Under the pieces are notes generated by a model. The model ran no database searches. It was not told the DNA's origin and worked only from the letters and a program-made list of their open reading frames with translations. 64,000 nt of DNA from Candidatus Bathyarchaeota archaeon. Lineage in GTDB: Archaea; Thermoproteota; Bathyarchaeia; Bathyarchaeales; Bathycorpusculaceae. The position numbers were made by a program, and so were the translations under genes. The DNA is taken from positions 2,624,001 through 2,688,000 of the forward strand of contig OY970340.1 of assembly GCA_963717465.1 (NCBI GenBank). The letters are read 5' to 3'. Shown piece by piece: positions 35,615 to 45,759 of this stretch. Every line of letters begins with the position of its first letter. The stretch's first letter is position 1.

Positions 35615-35902
35615 CTATAACACTAAGGTATCGGTTTTATTAGTCGAGATAGCTACAATTTCAACCAGTTCTTTAAACTTCTTCACAAATTCAGTTCCTC
35701 TTGGAGTTGTAAAATATCTAGTCTCGGAGTGGTGAACTTCTAGCAGTTTTGCGTCTTGCAAGAAGTTTAGGTGTCTAACGAGTGATAAGTAATTTGAGTT
35801 GGTTTTGTGCATTAAGGCAGTCTTGTTCTGCGGGGTTTTGCAGAAATCAAGAATTTCAGTTATAATCTGCAGACTATTCCACTTATTTTTAAGGTTGAGC
35901 AA
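35615..35902 (-). CDS. winged-helix regulator
   Basis: EILDFC...KTALM...YFTTPRG. Confidence 0.78.
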   Translation of the reverse strand: MLNLKNKWNSLQIITEILDFCKTPQNKTALMHKTNSNYLSLVRHLNFLQDAKLLEVHHSETRYFTTPRGTEFVKKFKELVEIVAISTNKTDTLVL

Positions 35903-35926
35903 AATCTTTCACATTTATATATATAA

Positions 35927-36000
35927 TTACATAACAACGATAAGAAGATGCGTGGGTGAGCACTCCCAGTAACAACTCTTTTTTGACTAAATTTTAATCT
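35927..36000 (+). repeat. 74-bp dispersed repeat, copy 2
   Basis: Matches 15727-15800. Confidence 0.9.
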
Positions 36001-36184
36001 TTCTCTCTCGAACTCACGTACGCTTACGACTACTACCCACTCTCACGTACTCCCACGCACACGCGTGCCTAATGTCAGTCTGTCAGTCTGTCACTCTCTG
36101 TCAGCGCACGCTTGTAGTCGTGGTTCAACAGTCACAAATCGTTAAGTAGCCAATGAGTCAGTTACACAAGAGGTGATTGGACAA

Positions 36185-36304
36185 ATGAGGTTTTTGCATA
36201 ATAACAAAGGTAGTTTAGCTGGGTGGCTCTGGTCTGCTATTGTGGTAGTAGTATTAATAATAGTTCTTATCGTTGTTGTGAGATTTCTTTTTCACGTGAT
36301 ATAA
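36185..36304 (+). CDS. 39-aa hydrophobic micro-protein
   Basis: MRFLHNNKGSLAGWLWSAIVVVVLIIVLIVVVRFLFHVI; GAGGTGA RBS; dyad promoter 36113-36146. Confidence 0.7.
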   Translation: MRFLHNNKGSLAGWLWSAIVVVVLIIVLIVVVRFLFHVI

Positions 36305-36677
36305 GACAAGCTGAAAGTAAAAAAGTGGAAGATAGAGCTAGGGCTTCTTTGTGAAGCGCCCAGTCCTCAAATTCCTAAATCTGGTTTGAGTAATGCCTCG
36401 AACAGTAATCGTTTCTTTTCTCCATGTTAGTTTTATTCTGTCACTGAAGTATGCATATCGCCTTTCTCGTCTTGCGCCCCTATAGGAATTGGTAGGATAG
36501 AAACCCAAGTTTTCTGCTGCCCTATCTAGCGCTTCCCACTGTTTTGCTGCGGCAAGTGTGTTGAACTAAATAATGGTTAGCGCTAGTTGCTGTGACTTCA
36601 CAGTCACACACGTTTAAGTTTGTAAATGGCGACTTAGCGATAGAGACAGCTCGTCAAATTTAGGAGAAATAGTTTTT

Positions 36678-37082
36678 ATGACTTCTAAAATAGTAAAAAT
36701 TGCGGCAGCAATCGTGATCGTTATTGTCGCAGTCACAGGCATTTTAATAGCCCTAACATACCCAAGAGAAGTTTTTAGTTATCAAGCATCCTTCAACATT
36801 GGCTATGCTAGCACACAACAACAGTTCCAAATACCCATCCTGGATAATCAAGCTCAAGTTCAAGTCACTATCACTAGCGGTTCAACATTGTGGAGCACAA
36901 CAATAACCGCCTCTAATGGAACGCAAGTTTTTAGTCATGTGGCATCTCAAGCAAGCCAAACCAGCTATACTAGTGACTGGATAATTTTGTCATCAGGAAA
37001 CTATAATGTTACATTTCAAACATTGGGTGTTGGGGATGTTCAGGCAATTGTTAAGGTCAATGCGAAAGGCGGATTCTGGTAA
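36678..37082 (+). CDS. membrane-anchored beta-rich protein
   Basis: N-terminal TM; dyad promoter 36585-36618. Confidence 0.8.
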   Translation: MTSKIVKIAAAIVIVIVAVTGILIALTYPREVFSYQASFNIGYASTQQQFQIPILDNQAQVQVTITSGSTLWSTTITASNGTQVFSHVASQASQTSYTSDWIILSSGNYNVTFQTLGVGDVQAIVKVNAKGGFW

Positions 37083-37301
37083 ACTTTCAAGTTTCTTTTT
37101 TTAAAAAACAAAATATTTTGTTCTTTTAGCAGGGGACATAGGCACTATTAGGTCAAGAAAAACTGTGCACGCTTCCAAGCACTTAAAACGATTAGCGCAG
37201 ACACAGCAATCAAAGCGTTGGTGTGAGGTCACAGCCACACACGTTTAACTCAGTTAATGACTATTTATTGAGTATATCAAAGAGATAAAGGTGAAAAAGA
37301 T

Positions 37302-37529
37302 ATGGGTTTTGGAAGTTACATTGGTGGTTTAGTTCTTTGTGTATTAGCAGTCATGTTAGGAATTTTTGGAATTGCAGTTACGTTAGGATTCTTTAATTTC
37401 GTTGCGGGAAGCTTGGTTGACCCACTAGGAATAGGTATGTCAGTAGTAGCACTCGTCTTGTTCATATTTGGATTATATTCATACAGATCGGCAAAGCCAC
37501 AAGGAACAATAAACGTCCACAATCAATAA
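37302..37529 (+). CDS. two-TM small protein
   Basis: AGGTGA RBS; dyad promoter 37216-37249. Confidence 0.75.
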   Translation: MGFGSYIGGLVLCVLAVMLGIFGIAVTLGFFNFVAGSLVDPLGIGMSVVALVLFIFGLYSYRSAKPQGTINVHNQ

Positions 37530-37929
37530 AGAATTTAATAGAATTGGTGACAACTTAAAGTAAGGAATAACACAGTAGAAAGACCTTACTCGCAGTATCC
37601 AGAAGTTTGCATGGGCGATACGAATCTCAGTTTATAGCGCGCTAAAAGTAAACTAAATCTCAACCATTTTTCATTTTTTCAAAAACTTTTTCTTAGGAAG
37701 TTTTGGTCTTTTCATTCTTTCAACTTTGGCAATCAAATTTTTAATCCTGTAAGAAATTAGTCGATAATGCTAAAAAACTTGAGAAGCAGAAAACAAAGCT
37801 TGATTCAGAACAGATTAAGACCCATTTGCGCTCCTTGTTCTGCTCGTGTATAAGTACACTAAGCGTATAAGCAAGAAAATTTACTTACTTACAAACAAGT
37901 TTATTCTTGCTTTAAGGAGTACAGTTAAT

Positions 37930-39702
37930 TTGATTGTTAAAGATCCTGTTTGTGGAATGCCCTTAGACCCAGAAAAAACTGAGTACAAAGTCGAATTTTT
38001 GAAGAAACAGTATTATTTTGACAGCGAGTATTGTATGCGCAGTTTTATCAAAGGTCCCAAGATCGCCTATTTCTCCATGGAAATCGGCGTAAGGAGTGAT
38101 ATACCAACCTACAGCGGCGGCTTAGGCGTTTTGGCTGGTGACGTAATCAGATCAAGTGCAGATTTAAGAATTCCGTTAGTTGCAGTTACTTTAATCAGCA
38201 AAAAAGGTTATCTTAAACAGAAATTAACGCCTGATGGATGGCAAATGGAATACCCTGAAGAATGGGATCCCTCGAAGTTCATGAAACTACTGCCGCAAAC
38301 AGTAACCATCAAGATTTCTGGACGCGATGTCAAAATTGGTGTCTGGGTCTATGAACAGGAGAGCCTAACGGGCGGAACCATCCCGGTACTATTCCTTACC
38401 ACTGATGTTGAAGGAAACGTCCAAGAGGATAGAGAAATAACTGATAACCTTTATGGTGGCGACCAAACATATCGACTAAAACAAGAGATTGTTTTGGGTG
38501 TTGGCGGCATAAAAATCCTTGAAGCCTTAAACATCAACGTTAAGAGGTATCACATGAATGAAGGTCATTCCAGTCTTCTTACTCTCGAGCTTTTGAGAAG
38601 AAATGAGATGGATGCTGATGAAGTAAAGAACCTGTGCGTTTTCACCACTCACACACCTGTTGAAGCTGCGTTCGATAAATTTTCTTATGACCTTGTTTTG
38701 AAAGTGCTTGGAACTGAAATGCCCATAGAAGCGTTGAAAACGTATGGTGGATCGGACCAATTAAACATGACGCTTCTGGCTTTGAACTTAAGCAAATATA
38801 CTAACGGTGTGACTGAGGCGCATATGGAGTACTCAAGAAAGCTTTTTCCAGGATATCACATACAAGAAATAACTAACGGTGTTCACTCCTACACGTGGAC
38901 CTGCCAGTACTTTAGACAACTTTTTGATTCGCATATTCGAGGATGGGCAAACGAGCCTGAACTTCTGGTAAGAGTTGATACTATTCCCGAGGGAGAAATA
39001 TGGGAAGCTCACATGAAAGCAAAGCAAGATCTAATTAGTTTTGTTCACGAAAAAACAGCAACCCAAATGGACACAAACACACTCACTATAGCCTTCGCAA
39101 GAAGAGCAACAGAGTATAAACGAGCCGCGATGATTTTTTCCGACCTTGAAAAACTTCGGGAAATCCAAAAGCACGGTCGAATCCAAATGATTTTTGCTGG
39201 AAAAGCGCATCCAAAAGATGAAATGGGCAAAACACTAATAAAAGACATATACTCGTACAAAAATCAGCTAAAAAACGAAATCGACATAGCGTATCTTGAA
39301 AACTATACAATGGAGATGGCTGGAAAATTAGTATCCGGCGCTGATATTTGGCTTAATACGCCTTTGCCTCCTTATGAAGCATCTGGAACCAGCGGCATGA
39401 AAGCAGCACATAATGGTGTCATTAATTTCAGTGTTTTAGATGGTTGGTGGATAGAAGGTTGTGTCGAAGGTCTAACAGGTTGGGCTATTGGTCCCTTTCC
39501 TGATCAAGTGTCTGATGAACAAGAAAGAAGGAAAAGAGAGATTAATGATCTTTATAATAAACTTGAATATGTTATAGTTCCAAAATATTATCAGCAACGT
39601 GACGAATGGATAAGTCTGATGAAAAACTCCATAGGAAAGGTTGCATATTACTTCAATTCTCACCGGATGATGCGAAGATACACAACAGACGCCTATCTCT
39701 AA
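37930..39702 (+). CDS. glgP: alpha-glucan phosphorylase with N-terminal YHS/TRASH domain
   Basis: KDPVCGM; YSGGLGVLAGD, NEGH, EASGTSGMK. Confidence 0.92.
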   Translation: MIVKDPVCGMPLDPEKTEYKVEFLKKQYYFDSEYCMRSFIKGPKIAYFSMEIGVRSDIPTYSGGLGVLAGDVIRSSADLRIPLVAVTLISKKGYLKQKLTPDGWQMEYPEEWDPSKFMKLLPQTVTIKISGRDVKIGVWVYEQESLTGGTIPVLFLTTDVEGNVQEDREITDNLYGGDQTYRLKQEIVLGVGGIKILEALNINVKRYHMNEGHSSLLTLELLRRNEMDADEVKNLCVFTTHTPVEAAFDKFSYDLVLKVLGTEMPIEALKTYGGSDQLNMTLLALNLSKYTNGVTEAHMEYSRKLFPGYHIQEITNGVHSYTWTCQYFRQLFDSHIRGWANEPELLVRVDTIPEGEIWEAHMKAKQDLISFVHEKTATQMDTNTLTIAFARRATEYKRAAMIFSDLEKLREIQKHGRIQMIFAGKAHPKDEMGKTLIKDIYSYKNQLKNEIDIAYLENYTMEMAGKLVSGADIWLNTPLPPYEASGTSGMKAAHNGVINFSVLDGWWIEGCVEGLTGWAIGPFPDQVSDEQERRKREINDLYNKLEYVIVPKYYQQRDEWISLMKNSIGKVAYYFNSHRMMRRYTTDAYL

Positions 39703-40024
39703 TTAACCTTTAAAAAAATTGTTCACACGCGTAAAAGTGGCTTTTTCTAAGCTTTCGCTTAACTCAGCTTTCTTTATAATGCTACAGCGGCTACGGCCTA
39801 GTTTTTCAGCTATCCTCAAAAACACTAAAAAATATAACCATTTGTGTAGTATAGTAGGAAACGAGTTTAACGGCGGTATTCTGAGTATTGATCTTTGCAA
39901 TTTAAATTTTCATTTCGTGTTTTAAATTAACGCGTAAAATAATCTTTTGCCTTTTGAATAAATTATTTAGGATACAAATACTTAAAGGCGAATTCAAAGC
40001 TCATATGCTTGAGGGCTGGTCATC

Positions 40025-40477
40025 GTGAACACAATTGAGAAAACAAATCTGAAAGCAATCGATCCTGAAACGTTGAAAATAACAAAACTATCGACAAAAG
40101 AAGATACCTTTTTTGTTGAATTGCCTTTAGATAGAACTCCGCAAGAGGATTGGCAAGAGTTATTTGAAGAAGAATTGAAAAAAGACGCCCAACAATTGGC
40201 TATAGTAAAAAAACCAAAGGATTCTTTCCAGATAATTGAACCTAGCTATCCAAACAGCTTACAAGGGAACGCAATTTTAATTATTACTAATCCAAGAAAA
40301 CTTCAAGAAGACATTAAATTAGTTATGCAGTTGGTAAAGAAGGTCAATAATAGAGTTGACCAACATAACAAAGAAGCAAACGAACAAGACGAAAAGGAAA
40401 ATTTAAAAACCAAAAATGACAAAGAAACTATAAGCGAGATGCGTGAATCTCTTAAGAAAAATCCACCCAGTCTCTAA
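40025..40477 (+). CDS. hypothetical protein
   Basis: 150-aa ORF with coiled-coil C-terminus. Confidence 0.65.
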   Translation: MNTIEKTNLKAIDPETLKITKLSTKEDTFFVELPLDRTPQEDWQELFEEELKKDAQQLAIVKKPKDSFQIIEPSYPNSLQGNAILIITNPRKLQEDIKLVMQLVKKVNNRVDQHNKEANEQDEKENLKTKNDKETISEMRESLKKNPPSL

Positions 40478-40527
40478 CTTTTTAAAATCAACAGTTGTTT
40501 AGGCGGTAGATCATTGCTTTTAGAGAT

Positions 40528-40574
40528 TAAACACATAAACACATAAACACATAAACACATAAACAAACATGTTT
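40528..40574. repeat. TAAACACA x4-5 tandem array with inverted TGTTTA copies
   Basis: Seen directly; further TGTTTATGT near 40596. Confidence 0.85.
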
Positions 40575-40748
40575 ATAAGCACGTAACGACATATATGTTT
40601 ATGTGGATAAACCAATAAGCGAATTGAAGTGAACAAAAAATGATGACAAATACAAGAATAAAATTAGGCGTTTGGCAGTTCACTAATTGGAAAGATGTTT
40701 GACACGTCACAATCGTGCATAAAACTCTAATAAAAAAGTTGATTAAAT

Positions 40749-40892
40749 ATGGGTCGAATATACGTGGATATCCCTGATGAACTGGAAAAGCAGTTCAGAT
40801 TGAAAACGGTAGAAAAATTCGGCGGGAAAAAAGGCGACCTATCCCGCGCTGCCAAAGACGCAGTAAAAACATGGGTTGCCAAAAAAGAGTAA
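40749..40892 (+). CDS. ribbon-helix-helix (CopG-like) protein
   Basis: MGRIYVDIPDELEKQFR...GDLSRAAKDAVKTW. Confidence 0.78.
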   Translation: MGRIYVDIPDELEKQFRLKTVEKFGGKKGDLSRAAKDAVKTWVAKKE

Positions 40893-41134
40893 ATCTACAA
40901 TCCTCCGTTACCTCCTGATAACTTCATTTTGAGTATTCTTTCGAGGAAAAGCATTAGGGGAAAGCCAGCTAGCCCTCGACACTTGAAGGCTGAGATCGCG
41001 TGAGGGGCTAATAGCTGTGGTCCCCCCGTTTAAGGATGTGGCATTAAAAAAGTTTCAAAAGCCCATCAAGATAACTGAAAGCAACATATTGCAAGAGTTC
41101 AAGTCAAATAATTAGATTTGATGGGGGTGAAACA

Positions 41135-41293
41135 TTGGTTGCGAGAAATAGAAATTTGGAGCTTGCATTCATCGACAAAGAGGGTAGGTCTTACTCGTTA
41201 GCCGAGGTTGACAGCGTAGAGTTAGCAAAGGGATTTGAAAAAATCTCCAAAGAAATTGCAACAAGGCTGCAGTTGCAGAAAGAACAGAGATAG
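41135..41293 (+). CDS. 52-aa ORF, possibly truncated
   Basis: GGGGGTGA RBS; stop codon is the TAG of TAGCGCAT. Confidence 0.55.
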   Translation: MVARNRNLELAFIDKEGRSYSLAEVDSVELAKGFEKISKEIATRLQLQKEQR

Positions 41294-41326
41294 CGCATGT
41301 TAGAATTCTAATAATAATTAATCGAG

Positions 41327-41878
41327 GTGAAAAAAATGAGTAAAGAAAAAGAAAAAAAGACGCCGATCAAGGCGATCGCAAAAGCTGAAATCGCAGTAAA
41401 ACCAATAAAAAAAGTTCTTACCAAACAAGTTCCCGCAGTTCATGTTCTGACGACTTTTGAGGATTTGATGGAAAATTTTCGAAAAAATTTCATTGAAAGT
41501 ATAGCTTTTCCATTTGAATGGATAAGTCTTGAACCTGCAGTTCCAGTACGTGAGGCAACTGTAGATTTGGTTGATGAGGGAAACAAGTTTGTGGTGCATG
41601 CTGAGATGCCTGGCGTAGCTAAAGACAAGATCGACATAGCCCTGACGAAGGATGGTATCGAAATCTCGGCTGAAACTGATGTTGAAAAAGAAGATAAGGA
41701 GAAGAACTTCGTTGTCAGAGAACGCGTTTACTCGCACATTTACAAACAGTTGTCGTTCCCTGAAGAAGTAATCCCTGAGAAAGCTGAATCCACATTTAGG
41801 GACGGATTACTTGAAGTGCACATCCCAAAGAAGACGATTACACCAGCACCTAAAAAACACAAAGTGACAGTGAAATAG
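41327..41878 (+). CDS. small heat-shock protein (Hsp20)
   Basis: AEMPGV, RER, FRDGLLEVHIPK. Confidence 0.93.
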   Translation: MKKMSKEKEKKTPIKAIAKAEIAVKPIKKVLTKQVPAVHVLTTFEDLMENFRKNFIESIAFPFEWISLEPAVPVREATVDLVDEGNKFVVHAEMPGVAKDKIDIALTKDGIEISAETDVEKEDKEKNFVVRERVYSHIYKQLSFPEEVIPEKAESTFRDGLLEVHIPKKTITPAPKKHKVTVK

Positions 41879-42047
41879 TTAATATGGCAGCTTTGTTTAT
41901 GCCCCGCTCACTATTTCTATGCAATATTTCTTGAGAAACAAGCATGCCGTGTTCATAAACTTTTATTGGAATGAAAGCCAGTCTTGTCGAATTGAGTCAA
42001 AACCTTTTTTTAGAGAAATTCTTTTAACGTACACGATGACGAAACAG

Positions 42048-42272
42048 TTATTGATAGGTTTTATGCCTGTCCATTGTTTCTTTGCTTACTTTGGTTTTTC
42101 CTAAACCACCGTTGTGTGCGCTCAACACAAATTTCAGCGTGTTTTCCTTGAAAAATTCTCTAAATTGATTTCCACATTTAGTGCATTTATACATCTTAAC
42201 TCGGAATCGTCCAAAGTTCCATTCTTTATCAGGTTCTTTCATGTGGGCTGTACAATTTGGACATTTCGGCAT
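42048..42272 (-). CDS. small Zn-finger protein
   Basis: CPNC...PDKEW...CTKCG..FR. Confidence 0.7.
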   Translation of the reverse strand: MPKCPNCTAHMKEPDKEWNFGRFRVKMYKCTKCGNQFREFFKENTLKFVLSAHNGGLGKTKVSKETMDRHKTYQ

Positions 42273-42439
42273 GATTAATCACTTCTTAGAGTTATGAGTA
42301 AGATCGCTATATTGATTTCTATGAAGTTTTTCCAGCTACTCTTAAGCTTTTTTTGTGAACGTGCACACTATTTTCACAGCATCAGCCGATGACAAGTTTT
42401 AAGAAAAGATTAACAATACTTGCGATTGGAGGTGGAAAC

Positions 42440-42752
42440 GTTGCCTACTTTCGCAGTTAATATGAAGCATGCTGCTGAGTCTTGTCCTTTGTTTAATCCT
42501 GAGGTGAAGAAGAGGCTAAAAGAAATGCTTGGTAAGAGAGAAGACGTTTGGGATCGAGCAAAGAAGCATGGTGTACATGTGTTGAGTGCTTGGACTTCAG
42601 TTATGGACCATCTTATTTTCTACGTTGTTGAAGCCTCTTCTCAAGATGCTGTTGAGGACTACTTTAAGGACATAGGCTTTGCTTTCTGGAACAGCATTGA
42701 AATTCGACAAGTGATACCTGCAGAAGACATAATTAAAGCTGTGCGGGGTTGA
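42440..42752 (+). CDS. small ferredoxin-like-fold hypothetical protein
   Basis: GGAGGTG RBS; HxxESCP...H.IFYVVEA; start approximate. Confidence 0.7.
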
Positions 42753-43196
42753 AAAATCCTGATGCGCTGAAAACGTGAGCCTTTGATGGATTCTTTCTTT
42801 GTTCACGCGTTGCCTCAGGTCTACCTATTTCTAGAATATTTCAGATGATTTATTATTTTCTCGGATTTCACTTTTGCCATGGTGGCTTGTTTGCTTTTCG
42901 TTATAACCTAAACGTAAATTCTGTTCTGGTTGTTTTGTGTTGAATTTTTTTTTTTGCTTGCAAGCCAAGGAAACGCAATGGTCTCCGTACCCTTGAAGGA
43001 TAGTCTTTGTAAGCGAAAAACGGTTGATAACGGTTGATTTAAAACTCTATGAAATGGCAGCAACACTCTTCAGCTATGCGAGACCCCTGTCATAGGCTCA
43101 GGATCCCCAAAAGAAGCCCTAAAAAAAGATTCTGGCAAGCTACTTATACCTTGTCGGATTATAATATAAAGACTCAAAACTAGTTTTGATTAGAGG

Positions 43197-45677
43197 GTGG
43201 AAGTTTTACAATCTGAGCGAAAAGAGAAGCGAATATTGTGGTTTGAAGAACTCGGTAAAGAAGACATCCCCTTGGTTGGGGGAAAAAATGCCAACCTAGG
43301 CGAAATGCTAAAGGCAAAGATTAGCGTGCCACCTGGCTACGCCATCACTGCCCATGCGTATCATGAATTCATTACAAAAACAGGTATAGCTGAGAAAATC
43401 TACAAAACCATTGAACAAACGGTCACTGATGTTAACGATCCCAAACAATACGAAGAAGCTTCTGAGAAAATTCGAAAGTTAATTGAATCCACGTCTATGC
43501 CCTCCGAAATTATGGAGGAAATCAAGGCTGCTTACTCTGAACTTGGTGAAAGAATAGGTCTGAAAGATGTTTTTGTGGCAGTTCGCTCGAGCGCCACAGC
43601 TGAGGATTTGCCAGACGCTTCTTTTGCAGGTCAACAGGAGACATTCTTGAACGTTAAAGGCGCAGACGACCTCATTGAAAAGACCATAAAATGTTGGTCA
43701 AGCTTGTTCACGTCACGAGCCATATACTATCGAAATCAGAAATACTTTAGCCAAGAACAGGTCCTGATAAGTGTAGGCGTTCAGAAAATGGTCAACGCCA
43801 AGGCTGCGGGCGTAATCTTCACGCTGAATCCTGTCAATGGCGAATCCAATCAGATTGTGATTGAAGCCAATTGGGGACTAGGCGAGTCTGTTGTGTCCGG
43901 TTCAGTTACCCCTGACCTTTACATATTGAATAAACAAACCCTCAAAATAACTGATAAAAAAATTGCAAAAAAGACAGTTGAATACATACGGAACTTAAAG
44001 ACGGGGAAAACCATTGAGGGTGCAGTGCCCGCAGCAAAGCAGGAACAACCGTGCTTAAATGAGGAAGAAGTTATTCGGCTAACAGAAATTGCACTCAGCA
44101 TTGAGCAACACTATGGAAGAGCTCAAGATATAGAATTCTCCATAGACCAAGACTTGCCCTTCCCCGAGAATATTTTTATTGTTCAGGCGAGGCCCGAAAC
44201 AGTGTGGAGTTCTCTAAAGAGTGAAGCAATGGTTGAAGAAGTCAAATTGACTGTTCCGCTCGTTGTGCCTCCTGAATGGAAAGTTGTAGTGAAAGGCCTA
44301 GCTGCTGGCAGACGGGCTATAGGCATAGGGATAGCCAAAGTTGCGTTGACCGCTCATGAAGCCGCAAAGATAGTTCAGAAGGGCGATATCCTTGTTACCA
44401 CTATGACTAATCCTGATTATGTGCCCTTCATGAAAATTGCAGGGGCTATAGTAACTGATAAAGGAGGAGTTACCGCCCATGCTTCCATAGTTAGCCGAGA
44501 ACTAGGCATACCCTGCATAGTTGGAACGGAGACAGCTACAAAAGTCATGATTTCAGGGCGCGAATACACGGTTGATGCTAAAAACGGCGTGGTTTACGAG
44601 GGAAGAATTGGGGCTCCCGAAGCAGCAGTTGCGCAAGCAGACTCGATTTCAGCATCACTAACGTCTATTTCTGCTGAACCAGTGCCGGTTACAGCTACAA
44701 AAATTTACATGAACCTCGGAGTGCCTGACAAAATCGAGGAGTACAAACATCTGCCTTTTGACGGCATCGGTCTTATGCGGCTTGAGTTCATACTCGCAAG
44801 TTATATTGGTCAACATCCGATGTACCTACTTGAAACTGGTCAAGCTGATTGGTTCGTAAACAAACTAGCTGAAGGCATCGCAACGGTAGCGCGAGCTATA
44901 CAGCCGCGCCTTGTCGTTGTTCGTCTGAGCGATTTTAAGACAAATGAGTATAGAGAATTGGTGGGCGGAGATAAATACGAAATAAAGGAAGAAAATCCGA
45001 TGCTTGGTTGGCGGGGTGCCAGCCGCTACATCAGTCAATGGTATGAAAAAGCCTTCCGTTTAGAATGCAAAGCCATGCGGAAATGCCGTGATGAATGGGG
45101 GCTCAAAAACGTGTGGGTAATGCTTCCAATGATTCGGACGCTTTGGGAGGCCAAGAGATGCCTTGAAATCATGAAAGAAGAGGGATTGGAGCGCACCAAA
45201 GACTTTAAGATTTGGTTTATGGCCGAAACCCCAGCTATCGCAATTATGGCTGACGAGTTTTCCAAACTGTGCGATGGATTCAGCATAGGATCAAACGACA
45301 TGACACAAGGCATACTCATGATTGACCGAGACTCTGAAAGGCTAGGATTAATGGGTTACTTTGACGAACGAGACTCAGCAGTGAAACGCATAATCGCCCA
45401 CTTAATCAAAGTGGCTCATCAAAACGGAGTCACAGTTTCAATTTGTGGCGAAGGCCCATCTAACTTGCCTGATTTCGCAGAGTTTCTTGTGCAGTGCGGC
45501 ATAGACAGCATCTCAGTTAACAATGATGCCGTTGTACGTACTCGCCAGTTAGTTGCCAGTTTTGAACAGAAGTTAATACTAAAAAGACTGAGCGAAATCC
45601 AAGAAAAAATCTCAAGACAAAAATCAGCCAAAGCGGAACGAGTGGAGCAAGATAGGACGCTTGAGTGGGAAGACTGA
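43197..45677 (+). CDS. ppsA: phosphoenolpyruvate synthase
   Basis: VGGKNANLGE, RSSATAED, GGVTAH phospho-His, SIGSND. Confidence 0.95.
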   Translation: MEVLQSERKEKRILWFEELGKEDIPLVGGKNANLGEMLKAKISVPPGYAITAHAYHEFITKTGIAEKIYKTIEQTVTDVNDPKQYEEASEKIRKLIESTSMPSEIMEEIKAAYSELGERIGLKDVFVAVRSSATAEDLPDASFAGQQETFLNVKGADDLIEKTIKCWSSLFTSRAIYYRNQKYFSQEQVLISVGVQKMVNAKAAGVIFTLNPVNGESNQIVIEANWGLGESVVSGSVTPDLYILNKQTLKITDKKIAKKTVEYIRNLKTGKTIEGAVPAAKQEQPCLNEEEVIRLTEIALSIEQHYGRAQDIEFSIDQDLPFPENIFIVQARPETVWSSLKSEAMVEEVKLTVPLVVPPEWKVVVKGLAAGRRAIGIGIAKVALTAHEAAKIVQKGDILVTTMTNPDYVPFMKIAGAIVTDKGGVTAHASIVSRELGIPCIVGTETATKVMISGREYTVDAKNGVVYEGRIGAPEAAVAQADSISASLTSISAEPVPVTATKIYMNLGVPDKIEEYKHLPFDGIGLMRLEFILASYIGQHPMYLLETGQADWFVNKLAEGIATVARAIQPRLVVVRLSDFKTNEYRELVGGDKYEIKEENPMLGWRGASRYISQWYEKAFRLECKAMRKCRDEWGLKNVWVMLPMIRTLWEAKRCLEIMKEEGLERTKDFKIWFMAETPAIAIMADEFSKLCDGFSIGSNDMTQGILMIDRDSERLGLMGYFDERDSAVKRIIAHLIKVAHQNGVTVSICGEGPSNLPDFAEFLVQCGIDSISVNNDAVVRTRQLVASFEQKLILKRLSEIQEKISRQKSAKAERVEQDRTLEWED

Positions 45678-45759
45678 TTCCGAAAATAATCGATCACTCG
45701 CGGAAGTGCAGGTCAATAGAGTAACCACACGTTGGAAAGAACAATTTTGACGCCTTTGA

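Noticed and set aside
15727..36000. Provirus bounded by attL/attR
   Set aside because: No integrase, tRNA target or viral genes; the repeat is kept as a finding
25000..37600. Integron with attC cassettes
   Set aside because: No intI, genes lie in both orientations with their own promoters, and no consistent attC structure was seen
40528..40574. CRISPR array
   Set aside because: 8-bp tandem units without spacers
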